DNA of 48,546 nucleotides, taken from contig JAYODI010000037.1 in the NCBI GenBank assembly GCA_038279365.1, positions 1 through 48,546 of the forward strand, given 5' to 3'. Under the pieces are notes generated by a model that saw nothing but the letters and a program-made list of their open reading frames with translations, was not told the origin of the DNA and made no database searches. Of this stretch, positions 1 through 8,872 are shown one piece after another (position 1 is the stretch's first letter; each line of letters starts with the position of its first letter). The translations under genes were made by a program, and so were the position numbers. The DNA comes from Candidatus Latescibacterota bacterium. GTDB lineage: Bacteria; Latescibacterota; UBA2968.

Positions 1-52
1 TTATTCTGTCATAAATTACAGGAGGTTGGGTCTGTTGTCAATGGGATGGACA

Positions 53-81
53 TTGACTTTCTATTTGTTAGCATCTATCAT
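53..81 (+). promoter_or_regulatory. Sigma70-type promoter for the first operon
   Basis: TTGACT (53-58), 17-bp spacer, TATCAT (76-81); GAGG SD before ATG 126. Confidence 0.6.
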
Positions 82-125
82 TGGGTGCATTTTTTCAATT
101 CACATTTTATAAATAGAGGTGCTTT

Positions 126-881
126 ATGGGCTTTATGATTATTTGCATAACGGTTTGTGTTTTTGTGGGGTTATCATGGCGGTCGGTTGAAGCCGAAACA
201 CGCCCAGAATATACCGTTTATCGAGCGGGAACACCGATTGTGGTCGATGGACAACTCAATGAGCCCGCCTGGGTGGGAGCGCCTGATGTGGGGAAGTTTG
301 TGTTTCCGTGGTACGAGTCGGGCAAACAAGAGCAAACGGTTGCCAAACTGTTGTGGGACGATGAGCATTTGTATGTGGCGTTTATTTGTGAAGATGCCCA
401 TATCTGGGCGGAACACACACAAAGAGATTCCTCGGTGTGGAAAGATGATACGGTAGAGGTTTTTACAGCCCCCAATCCAGATCGACCACGTGCATATTTC
501 AATATTGAAATGAATGTGTTGGGCATTTTTTTAGACCAATTTCATCCCAACGGGCCAGGTGTGCCAGTGGAAGAAGAATGGAACGGTGTAGGGATTCAGA
601 TTAAGACATCGATTGTCGGAACGTTAAATGATGATGGGGATGAAGATCAATATTGGATTTTAGAAGCCGCCATTCCATTTAAGAATTTTGCCCATGTTGC
701 CAAAAATACCCCTCCCAAAGAAGGTGATGTGTGGCATTTGGGCTTAAATCGTTTGGGAGGGCAAACCAATCAGCAATACAGTCAATGGTCGGCAAGCCAA
801 ACGCCCAAGCCCCAATTTCATGCGCCTGATGATTTTGGTCGCATTACTTTTTCCAATAAAATGAGCCCTTTTTGGCGTTAG
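126..881 (+). CDS. Secreted carbohydrate-binding family 9-like (DOMON-like) protein
   Basis: Signal peptide ending VEA; motifs 'VDGQLNEPAW', 'KLLWDDEHLYVAF', 'WKDDTVEVF', 'WILEAAIPF', 'FHAPDDFGRITF' typical of CBM9-like domains. Confidence 0.75.
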   Translation: MGFMIICITVCVFVGLSWRSVEAETRPEYTVYRAGTPIVVDGQLNEPAWVGAPDVGKFVFPWYESGKQEQTVAKLLWDDEHLYVAFICEDAHIWAEHTQRDSSVWKDDTVEVFTAPNPDRPRAYFNIEMNVLGIFLDQFHPNGPGVPVEEEWNGVGIQIKTSIVGTLNDDGDEDQYWILEAAIPFKNFAHVAKNTPPKEGDVWHLGLNRLGGQTNQQYSQWSASQTPKPQFHAPDDFGRITFSNKMSPFWR

Positions 882-927
882 ATGTGATATCCGTATCTGT
901 TGGTTTATTCCTTATAGAGAGTGGATA

Positions 928-2982
928 ATGACCCAGTCCAAATGGTTATACCCGGCGCTGATTATGGTTGTGGGTGCCGTGGTATATGCCAACAGTTTGG
1001 CAAATGGTTTTACGTTTGACGATTGGCCCCTTGTGGTTCATAATCCATTGGTGGATCAGATGGATGTTGGGGCCATTTTTTCGTCTGCATATTGGCCCCA
1101 AAAACCAGAATTGGGTTTGTATCGTCCGCTGACGATTTTGAGTTATGCGATTAATCAGTGGATATTGGGAGAAGGGGCTTGGGGGTTTCATATTGTCAAT
1201 TTGGTATTGCACAGTGTGAATGCGATGCTCGTCTTTTTTTGTGCACGCAAATTTTTTGAGCGATCAGTTGCTGGCATTTGTGCCTTTATTTTTTTATGTC
1301 ATCCACTTCAGACAGAAGCCGTGAATAGTGTTGTGGGGCGTGCTGAGCTTTTGGCTGCCTTTTGGATGTTGGTGGCTTGGTTTGTGTTTCTACATGACGT
1401 GGGTTGGCGACGTTGGGTGTTGGTGAGTGGTGCTATTTTGTTAGGGTGTTTGTGCAAAGAACACGCGGTGACGATGGTGGGGATTGTGGCTGTTGCATCA
1501 TTTGCCGGATTGCCCAATGTCACTTGGGGAAGAGAGGGTGTGCGGGTCTCGTTTATGACGAGGTGGGCACGGTTTTGCAAGGAAGATTTACTTGGGATGC
1601 TGTTGTGTGTTGGGGCTGTGGGTTTGTTTTTGGTGGCGCGATATGCGGTGGTGGGGGGCGTGTTGTTGCCGAGTCAGCCCACTTTTGTTGATAACCCTTT
1701 GGCGCATGTAGAGAGTTGGGAGCGTCGATTAACAGCATTGCATGTGATTTGGCACTATGCCAAGCTTATGGTGTGGGCAGGTGATTTGTCGGCAGATTAT
1801 TCTTATCAGGCCATTCCGATTGTGTCTTCTTTTTGGACGGGAACGGTGCTGGGTGGGGTTGGTGTTTTCTATTTGCTGGGGCTTTTTATCGTGAGTACTG
1901 TAAGAGGCAACTCACCACCGATATGGGGCCTGATTGCTTCGTGGATGCTCTTGCCTTTTTTACCTGTGTCCAATCTTTGGTTTCCCATTGGTACCATCAT
2001 GGCCGAGCGATTGATGTATGTGCCTATGGTGGGGTATGCGATATTGGGTGGGTTTGGTTTTTGGGGAATGAAAACCAAGTGGCCGCGTTATGCTTGGGTG
2101 ATTGCGGTCATTTTGCTTGCTTTGTGGTCAAAAAAAACGGTACAACGCAACGCAGATTGGTATAGCGACTATACGTTGTTTGCTTCTGCAGTAGAAGCCG
2201 CACCCCAAAGTGCAAAGGCACATTTTAATTTGGGCAATGCGGTGCGTGATAGCGGTGATTTACAAGGCGCTTTGCCTCATTATCATCGGGCTTTATGGAT
2301 TTACCCCAATTATGCGGAGGTGTCTTATAACATAGGTGTGATTCAGCAAGAATTGGGGCATATTGCAGAAGCATTAACGGCTTACCAAAATGTCCTTTCA
2401 GTGGATACCACACACGTCAATGCTTGGACAAATGTGGGTATTTTATTTGCAGAAAAAGGATTGCCAGATAAGGCTGTTGAAGCATTTGAAAAAGCAGTAC
2501 AACTTGCACCTGAGCGAACGGACGTGCGATTTAATTATGCGCTGACCTTGCAAAAGTCAAATCGTTTGGATGAAGCAAGGGTACGGTATCTCCAATTGCT
2601 TGCACAAGCCCCCCATCACGAAGATGCCGCGCTTAATTTGGCGCAGATTTACATGTTAGAAGATGATGTTGATGCGGCCATTGAGGTGCTCAATCGGGTG
2701 GTACGCGCAAATCCTTTGGCTTATCAGGCCGCACTCAATTTGGGGGCCTTGTTTGAGAAACGCGGGCGAGTGGATGAAGCCATTGACGCGATGTTCTTGG
2801 GGGTAAAGGGGACGGAAAAGTCGAATGTATTGGCTTTGTTTGCATTGGCGCGGTTGTATGGCCAACAAGGGAAGCTTGATGAAGCCCGCGGGGCATTGCG
2901 TTTATTTTTAGATCGGTGGAATGGGGAAGATGTTTTTAAAGTGCGTGCGCAAAATATCTTGAAACAGTTGTATATTGACTGA
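928..2982 (+). CDS. TMTC-like membrane glycosyltransferase (GT-C fold, DUF1736) with C-terminal TPR repeats
   Basis: 'NSLANGFTFDD', 'YRPLT', 'HPLQTEAV..VGRAELL', 'KE', 'LSADY', 'AERLMY', then tandem TPR repeats. Confidence 0.85.
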   Translation: MTQSKWLYPALIMVVGAVVYANSLANGFTFDDWPLVVHNPLVDQMDVGAIFSSAYWPQKPELGLYRPLTILSYAINQWILGEGAWGFHIVNLVLHSVNAMLVFFCARKFFERSVAGICAFIFLCHPLQTEAVNSVVGRAELLAAFWMLVAWFVFLHDVGWRRWVLVSGAILLGCLCKEHAVTMVGIVAVASFAGLPNVTWGREGVRVSFMTRWARFCKEDLLGMLLCVGAVGLFLVARYAVVGGVLLPSQPTFVDNPLAHVESWERRLTALHVIWHYAKLMVWAGDLSADYSYQAIPIVSSFWTGTVLGGVGVFYLLGLFIVSTVRGNSPPIWGLIASWMLLPFLPVSNLWFPIGTIMAERLMYVPMVGYAILGGFGFWGMKTKWPRYAWVIAVILLALWSKKTVQRNADWYSDYTLFASAVEAAPQSAKAHFNLGNAVRDSGDLQGALPHYHRALWIYPNYAEVSYNIGVIQQELGHIAEALTAYQNVLSVDTTHVNAWTNVGILFAEKGLPDKAVEAFEKAVQLAPERTDVRFNYALTLQKSNRLDEARVRYLQLLAQAPHHEDAALNLAQIYMLEDDVDAAIEVLNRVVRANPLAYQAALNLGALFEKRGRVDEAIDAMFLGVKGTEKSNVLALFALARLYGQQGKLDEARGALRLFLDRWNGEDVFKVRAQNILKQLYID

Positions 2983-3003
2983 TATACGAATGTGCAGTAT
3001 ATT
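2975..3003 (+). promoter_or_regulatory. Internal sigma70 promoter of the radical SAM gene with a candidate operator in the spacer
   Basis: TTGACT (2975-2980)-N17-TATATT (2998-3003); ATG 8 nt later with no SD; TATAC-N4-GTGCA at 2983-2996. Confidence 0.55.
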
Positions 3004-3011
3004 GCTTTGCA

Positions 3012-3803
3012 ATGGAAAAACCAAAACCACATTTGTATGTCGATGAAACCGATGTGCGCTCGGTGCTTTTGTCACAGGCCGAACCCGGTGAGCCGACCGA
3101 AAGTTATACACTCAATCCGTATGCAGGATGTGGCATGGGGTGCGCATATTGTTATGTGATGAAGTTCCCTTTTGCATACGAATATCCCAAACCATGGGGG
3201 GAGTGGGTGCAACCCAAGATGAACGCGCCATTTTTGTTGGGCAAAGCCCGGGCAAAGGTATGGGGCCGTCGTGTTTTTATGGGGTCTGCCACCGATCCGT
3301 ACCAATATATAGAACGGAAATATCGCTTAAGTCGAAAGTGTTTGCAGGTGTTGGTTGAATGTCATTTAAAAAGATTAACGGTGCATACTCGCAGCCATTT
3401 GATTTTAGACGATTTGGATTTGTTAAAGGCTTTTGGCGATACCTTGCGTGTGGGATTTTCGGTGCCTACCAATGACGATCGGGTGCGTAAGCGTACTGAA
3501 CCCAAAGCGCCGACGATTCAAACACGGTTAAAAACAATGAAACAATTGCGTAAGGCGGGCATCCATGTCAATGCATCTCTTGCGCCTGTGCTTTATTGCC
3601 AACCGCGTGAATTGGCACAACAGATTGCCGAATCGGCAGATGGGGTGTATTTTGGCAAGATGGATTATACGAGTAAAACGGCCATCAAAACCATGCCCAA
3701 AGCACGTGCCTATTTTCACAGCAAAGCGTATGAAGATTTGATAGATGAACTGCGTGAGGCGTTGGAAGATGTGGGGATGTTGAAGAAAGTAGAGGACGCA
3801 TAA
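3012..3803 (+). CDS. Radical SAM protein, spore photoproduct lyase (SplB)-like DNA repair family
   Basis: 'LNPYAGCGMGCAYCY' CxxxCxxC; 'GSATDPYQ.IERKY', 'TRSHLILDDLDLL', 'EPKAP...RL'. Confidence 0.85.
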   Translation: MEKPKPHLYVDETDVRSVLLSQAEPGEPTESYTLNPYAGCGMGCAYCYVMKFPFAYEYPKPWGEWVQPKMNAPFLLGKARAKVWGRRVFMGSATDPYQYIERKYRLSRKCLQVLVECHLKRLTVHTRSHLILDDLDLLKAFGDTLRVGFSVPTNDDRVRKRTEPKAPTIQTRLKTMKQLRKAGIHVNASLAPVLYCQPRELAQQIAESADGVYFGKMDYTSKTAIKTMPKARAYFHSKAYEDLIDELREALEDVGMLKKVEDA

Positions 3804-3828
3804 CCAAGGGCGTATAAGGGAGGCATTT

Positions 3829-4968
3829 ATGGGCATCCAGGTTGGTACCGCAATTGTTGATATCACACCTCGCACACCCTGTTTTTTAGCCGGATATGCA
3901 GGGCGAGACCATGAACACGAATCGGTTCACGATCCCATTTTGTTGCGTGCATGTTATGTGCGAGGTCGCAATGGCGATGTGTTGGTGATTTCGGCAGATA
4001 TCCTATGGTTTTCAGATGCTATGATGGAGCGGATGTTGCCGGTTTTGCATCGGGAATTGGGCATACTGCCCCATCACGTTTTTGTGGTGGGCACACATAC
4101 CCATTCGGCACCCAATACGCGTAATCAAGCAAATTTGGCTTGGGTCCAAATGGTGGAAGCACAGGTGCTGGCGGCCTCAGCATTGGCACAATCACGGTTG
4201 CAAGATGTGACATTGTATGGCACATCTGGGGAGTCTCAAATTGGTGTCAATCGTCGTCAACAATTGCCCGATGGCAAAATTATTTTGGGTGAAAATCCCG
4301 ATGGGCCAATAGATCGGGAAGTGATTTTAATTGAGGCAAGAAACACGGCGGGTGGCATCGTTGGGCGACTGGGCAATTTTGCTTGTCATGGTACTATGTT
4401 AAGTCAGCGCAATTATCAATTGTCGGGCGATTGGCCGGGGCTTGCTGCAGCCAAGTTGGAGCAAGGGGGGGTGCCATTTTTGTTTTTGAATGGCGGGTGT
4501 GGCAATATTGCCCCGTTGAATGATCGGCAGGCTGTTTTTGAGCCTGTGGAAGCGCTGTCTTCTGAGTTTGTAAAAGATGTGAATGCAATGGTTGACGCGT
4601 TGGCCGTTTTGGGCGATGACGATACGGTTTCTGGTGCGGATTTGGAAATTTATTTGCCTCGCAAATTACGCGATGTAGAAGAGGGGATGGGGCGATTTTG
4701 TAAGGTGCAGATTCATGGGGTGCGGATTGGCCCATTGCGAATCGTAGGTTTTCCAGGAGAAGTGTTTACGCAAACAACAATGGCCGTAAAGGAAAACAAT
4801 CCTTCAACCATGGTGTGTTCGTATAGTGCTGGAAGCCAAGCTGGTTATGTGCCTGTTGCCGAGGCATATGAGACCGGCGGGTATGAGGTGCGGGTATCCC
4901 CTTATGCAGAAGGGGCAGAGGCAATACTGCGACAGGGGTTTTTGGATTTGTTGGAGAAATTAAATTAA
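3829..4968 (+). CDS. Neutral/alkaline ceramidase N-terminal-domain-like amidohydrolase
   Basis: 'DITP...LAGY', 'HDP', 'THTHSAP', 'NRR', 'NFACH', 'SGDWPG', 'PGEVF', 'GYVP...Y..GGYE'. Confidence 0.75.
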   Translation: MGIQVGTAIVDITPRTPCFLAGYAGRDHEHESVHDPILLRACYVRGRNGDVLVISADILWFSDAMMERMLPVLHRELGILPHHVFVVGTHTHSAPNTRNQANLAWVQMVEAQVLAASALAQSRLQDVTLYGTSGESQIGVNRRQQLPDGKIILGENPDGPIDREVILIEARNTAGGIVGRLGNFACHGTMLSQRNYQLSGDWPGLAAAKLEQGGVPFLFLNGGCGNIAPLNDRQAVFEPVEALSSEFVKDVNAMVDALAVLGDDDTVSGADLEIYLPRKLRDVEEGMGRFCKVQIHGVRIGPLRIVGFPGEVFTQTTMAVKENNPSTMVCSYSAGSQAGYVPVAEAYETGGYEVRVSPYAEGAEAILRQGFLDLLEKLN

Positions 4969-4988
4969 GTTTTGAATGACGCGTTTTT

Positions 4989-5030
4989 AATAGGCAAACG
5001 ATCTGTCGGTATCGTTTGCCTATTTTTTTT
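4989..5030. terminator. Intrinsic terminator between convergent genes
   Basis: AATAGGCAAACGAT / ATCGTTTGCCTATT perfect 14-bp stem followed by a T run on +. Confidence 0.8.
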
Positions 5031-5031
5031 G

Positions 5032-6090
5032 CTAAAGAGACCACGCGTGAGGGGTGACTTTAAATTGTTCTGCCAGCCAGCCATAAGCCATATGGAGCGA
5101 TTCTTCTGTGGGGCGATGGCCTGTTGCGTGGTCAAAGAAGCCTATATTTTCGGGCTTTTCATAAAGTGTATACACTTTACGCGCTTCTTCGAGATATTGC
5201 CACGTGGCTGGGCGATCTGCTTCGCCACCAAAGAGCAGAAAGGGTTTGGGTGCAAAAAGTGAAAGCAGGTGGTGATGGGCCAATTTGAAATCGCTGTGGT
5301 TGATCTGTTCACCAAGATACCAAGGGGCTGACCAGTTGGTAAATGACCATCCCATACCAAAGTCTGAGCCAACAATGGCCTGAAAACGTTCGTCAAGGCA
5401 ACCGGCATAAAAAGCCATTTTCCCACCCAAGGAGTGTCCCATCACACCCACGCGTTGTGGGTCAATGTGGGGTTGGGCTAAGAGTAAGTCCAAGGCTCTG
5501 CTGGTGTCGTAGGCCAATTTGGCAATGCCTGTCCAATGTGGGTTGTCTTGTAGGAGTTTTTCGGCACCTTTTTGCCACCATGCAAACCCCACATTTTTTT
5601 GGGGTTCTGATACCGTGTTATAGGGAAAGGCTTCTGTGCACACAATGGCATACCCTTGTTCTACCAAATGACGACCAAATTGAATCAGTGGGGATTCTTC
5701 TGTTAGGCGGGCTTGTGTTTCTATGTTGATGCCCACCATGCGATCTGGGTTGTAAAATGGGATGACCATGCCAGGTTGTGGTGTGGGAAGTGGATTTTTG
5801 GGTGTCATGAGGAGAACAGTTTGACGTGTGGTTGGGCCTGTGGGTTGTTTGAATACCGTTGCATGATAAGTGGGCTGGTCAAACCGATAGATGATTTCGG
5901 CGGTGTGGTCATAGGTGGTAAAAGAGGCATGCCCCAATACGTCTTGCCATTGGCTTTTGATCTCTGTGCGAATCGTTAACCATGTATTGAGAGTGACCGG
6001 TATGTTGTTTTTGAAAAGGGGATCTATGTTCTCTGAAGGACCAAAGTCTGCATAGGTTGGGTGTGCCACTTGTTCGATGATGGATGACAT
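5032..6090 (-). CDS. Alpha/beta hydrolase (dienelactone hydrolase / carbohydrate esterase-like)
   Basis: GHSLGG nucleophile elbow after 'IDPQRVGVM'; 'LFAPKPFL', 'EAD', C-terminal 'GH'. Confidence 0.8.
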   Translation of the reverse strand: MSSIIEQVAHPTYADFGPSENIDPLFKNNIPVTLNTWLTIRTEIKSQWQDVLGHASFTTYDHTAEIIYRFDQPTYHATVFKQPTGPTTRQTVLLMTPKNPLPTPQPGMVIPFYNPDRMVGINIETQARLTEESPLIQFGRHLVEQGYAIVCTEAFPYNTVSEPQKNVGFAWWQKGAEKLLQDNPHWTGIAKLAYDTSRALDLLLAQPHIDPQRVGVMGHSLGGKMAFYAGCLDERFQAIVGSDFGMGWSFTNWSAPWYLGEQINHSDFKLAHHHLLSLFAPKPFLLFGGEADRPATWQYLEEARKVYTLYEKPENIGFFDHATGHRPTEESLHMAYGWLAEQFKVTPHAWSL

Positions 6091-6135
6091 GGAATACCTT
6101 TTGATATTTGTCTTAAATATTGGGCTTTAGTTGGG

Positions 6136-7536
6136 TTATTGCGCAACAGCTTGTTCGATAAATAGCCGTTCCTTTTGGCTTTTTAAAACATCTTGATTCA
6201 GTTGTTTGGCATCCCAGTGGGATTGCAAATGGGTTTGCATTGTTTCCAATCGGGTTTGCTGAGCAGGTTCTTGGGCGAGGTTGTGAAATTCGTTGGGGTC
6301 GTTGACAAGGTCATAAAGTTCGGGGGGATCTCCCAAGCTGTAATTGAATTTGAAATTGCCTTGTCTGAGCATGGCCATGGGGCCCAACACGCCGTGTGCG
6401 AGGTATTCACAGAAGGCTTCATTTTTCCAATTGTGATTTTGGGATGTGATTAAAGGCATCAATGAATCGCCATCAAGTGGGGCGGGGGGGGCCATGTTTG
6501 CAACTTCGGGTAAGGTTGCAATGAGATCGACCAATGAGACCACTTCTGTGATGCGTTTGTTTTGTGGGATGTTGCCTGGCCAAGCCATTTGGAGGGGAAT
6601 GCGTGCTGATGCCTCGTAAAAGTTAGATTTTCGCCACATGCCGTGTTCACCATTCATTTCGCCATGGTCACTGGTGTAGATGATGAGGGTGTTTGTTAAT
6701 TGGCCTGTTTCTTCGAGACAATCGATCAGACGGCCTATTTTTTCATCTAAGTAGGTGATCAGCGCATAGTAGCCTGCACGGGCCTTGCGAACGAGTTCTT
6801 CGGGAAAGTCTACGCATCCAAACATACGGCGCATGCGTTGGTAAACTGGGTGTTGGTTTTCAAGATGTTGTGGTGGGATTTTGGGGAGGTCTATGTCCTC
6901 TAATGGATACAGATCCCAAAATCGTTGTGGTGCAATGAGTGGAAAATGTGGGGCTATAAATGAGGCATTGATACACCAAGGTTTGCTTTTGCGGGCTGGG
7001 TCGCGCAAATAGGCGAGTGTGGTTTCTTCTACATGATTATCCACTTCAATTTCTGTGGTATGTCCTGGTTGGGCTTGGGCCAGCCCGCCCCACGGTTTGG
7101 CATCTCGAATGCCTTTTGTCCAGTCGGGGGTGCCACGTAAAATGCCGTTTTGAGTCCAGAGTTCGGCATGTAAATCTCGAGAAAGTTGTGTTTCAAATCC
7201 ATGCAACTGATCCGTGCCTACAAAATGTTGTTTACCCGAAATGACCACATCGTAACCGGCTGAACGCAAAATGTATGGCCAGGTGACAATATCTGAGCGC
7301 AGCGGGCTGGCGTTGTCATAGGCATTGATGTGGTGAATATATCGACCAGTCATAAATGACATGCGCGATGGTCCACAAAGGGGTGAATTGCAATAGGCAT
7401 TTTGAAATGTGGTACCCATTTGTGCCAATCGGTCCATGTTGGGCGTTTGAACAAGAGGATGCCCATAGGTTGCACTGTATTGGGGGGCATGTTCATCTGA
7501 CATGATGAGTAAGATGTTGGGTTGGGTTGAGGGCAT
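6136..7536 (-). CDS. Sulfatase (choline-sulfatase-like, Cys-type formylglycine)
   Basis: 'PNILLIMSDEH', 'SPLCGPSR' (CxPxR), 'GKQH', 'TSDHG', 'KSNFYE', 'ELYDL..DP'. Confidence 0.9.
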   Translation of the reverse strand: MPSTQPNILLIMSDEHAPQYSATYGHPLVQTPNMDRLAQMGTTFQNAYCNSPLCGPSRMSFMTGRYIHHINAYDNASPLRSDIVTWPYILRSAGYDVVISGKQHFVGTDQLHGFETQLSRDLHAELWTQNGILRGTPDWTKGIRDAKPWGGLAQAQPGHTTEIEVDNHVEETTLAYLRDPARKSKPWCINASFIAPHFPLIAPQRFWDLYPLEDIDLPKIPPQHLENQHPVYQRMRRMFGCVDFPEELVRKARAGYYALITYLDEKIGRLIDCLEETGQLTNTLIIYTSDHGEMNGEHGMWRKSNFYEASARIPLQMAWPGNIPQNKRITEVVSLVDLIATLPEVANMAPPAPLDGDSLMPLITSQNHNWKNEAFCEYLAHGVLGPMAMLRQGNFKFNYSLGDPPELYDLVNDPNEFHNLAQEPAQQTRLETMQTHLQSHWDAKQLNQDVLKSQKERLFIEQAVAQ

Positions 7537-7576
7537 AGACGAAACGTCCTATGAGCATGTGTGTTGGATGGTCATT

Positions 7577-8767
7577 TTATGCGGGGTTTACACAACCAAA
7601 TTGTTCGATCATTTCTCGAATGCGGTCAAGCCGTGTCAGATCGGCATCGGGAGGTACATTGTCTGAAACACCTAAAATCAAATGATCGCCACGACCTAAG
7701 TTTTTAAATAGGTCACACAGATATGCCTCAAATTCTGCATCAGACATTGTATGAGGCAATAGTGCGATAGATGGAATACCACCCCAAATGGTGATGTTGG
7801 GCAGTGATGCCCGCAATTCGGCCAGTGTGCATTGTGTCATGGGGGCCGGGCAGACAGATTCGGCAACATCGAAACCACAGTTGCGATAATGAGGCAATAA
7901 GTTTTTGTTTTCGCCATCACAGTGGGTAAGTAATATTTTACCTGCATCGTGCATACGCTTGGCTACCTTTTGCAACCAAGGGGTGATTTCTTGATCAAAG
8001 AAGGGGGGCCATGTAAGGTCTTGATCGTAATTGGCTCCCCAAAACACCACTTCTGCGTCGCAGTGAACCAAGGCATCGAGTGCGGCATCAAAAAAGGGAA
8101 TCATGTGATCACAAAGTTTGTTGAGTTTGTCAGGGGCATCATGGTAAAAATAAAAGAACTGATCCATTGCGGTCAGTTCATGCAAAATCAGGTGCATGGG
8201 AGATGCGGCCATAGGGCCACGTGCAACGGCCACACCCTGATTGCCAACACGTTCTTTAAAGGCGGCATAAGATTGAGGTGTTTTTATAACGCGTATGTGG
8301 TCAAAGACAATACATAAAGCGTCTATATCGTCGAGTGTGTGTAATGGATAATGCTTCACAAAGGGCAGTGAAATGCCATCACATTTCATTTGTTCTGAAC
8401 GATAGAGGTGAGAATGGATGTTCCCGACAGGTGTTTGGATATCTGTGATGAGGTTTTCACCATCATCATGGCTTTGCATGGGCAAATTTTGCAGTTCAAC
8501 ACGATAAGGGTAGTCTATGTGATTGTCTAAACCTAACCCACGCAAGGTAATGTCGCGTCCGTTGTGCAGAGTAAAGTCAGCCCCTACAGCGTGACAGGCC
8601 GATGAAAGGATCTGTGCCATTTCAACTGTGTTTGTATTTTCAAATACAGGAGGAAGCGTATTTCGTGCTTTGTTGGCAATGTACCACAAATCCATACGGG
8701 GTGCCCAAGGAATTTGATCAGTTGGCTTGCCGTTCATTGTGGCAAGCAGGCGTTCTTTGTGTGTCAT
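7577..8767 (-). CDS. Uroporphyrinogen decarboxylase (URO-D/MtaA-like) family protein
   Basis: 'MTHKERLLA...G..TD.IP', 'HCDG', 'WGGI', 'ILGVSDNVPP'; start placed at ATG 8767 after GAAGGAG. Confidence 0.75.
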   Translation of the reverse strand: MTHKERLLATMNGKPTDQIPWAPRMDLWYIANKARNTLPPVFENTNTVEMAQILSSACHAVGADFTLHNGRDITLRGLGLDNHIDYPYRVELQNLPMQSHDDGENLITDIQTPVGNIHSHLYRSEQMKCDGISLPFVKHYPLHTLDDIDALCIVFDHIRVIKTPQSYAAFKERVGNQGVAVARGPMAASPMHLILHELTAMDQFFYFYHDAPDKLNKLCDHMIPFFDAALDALVHCDAEVVFWGANYDQDLTWPPFFDQEITPWLQKVAKRMHDAGKILLTHCDGENKNLLPHYRNCGFDVAESVCPAPMTQCTLAELRASLPNITIWGGIPSIALLPHTMSDAEFEAYLCDLFKNLGRGDHLILGVSDNVPPDADLTRLDRIREMIEQFGCVNPA

Positions 8768-8872
8768 GGTATGCTCCTTCACTAAAAATAGCGGTTACCA
8801 TGAACATTACTTCGCCACCTTCAAAAACGTCAAAGAGTTTTTCTCAATAGATAGGTGGTTTGGATGGAGGCA

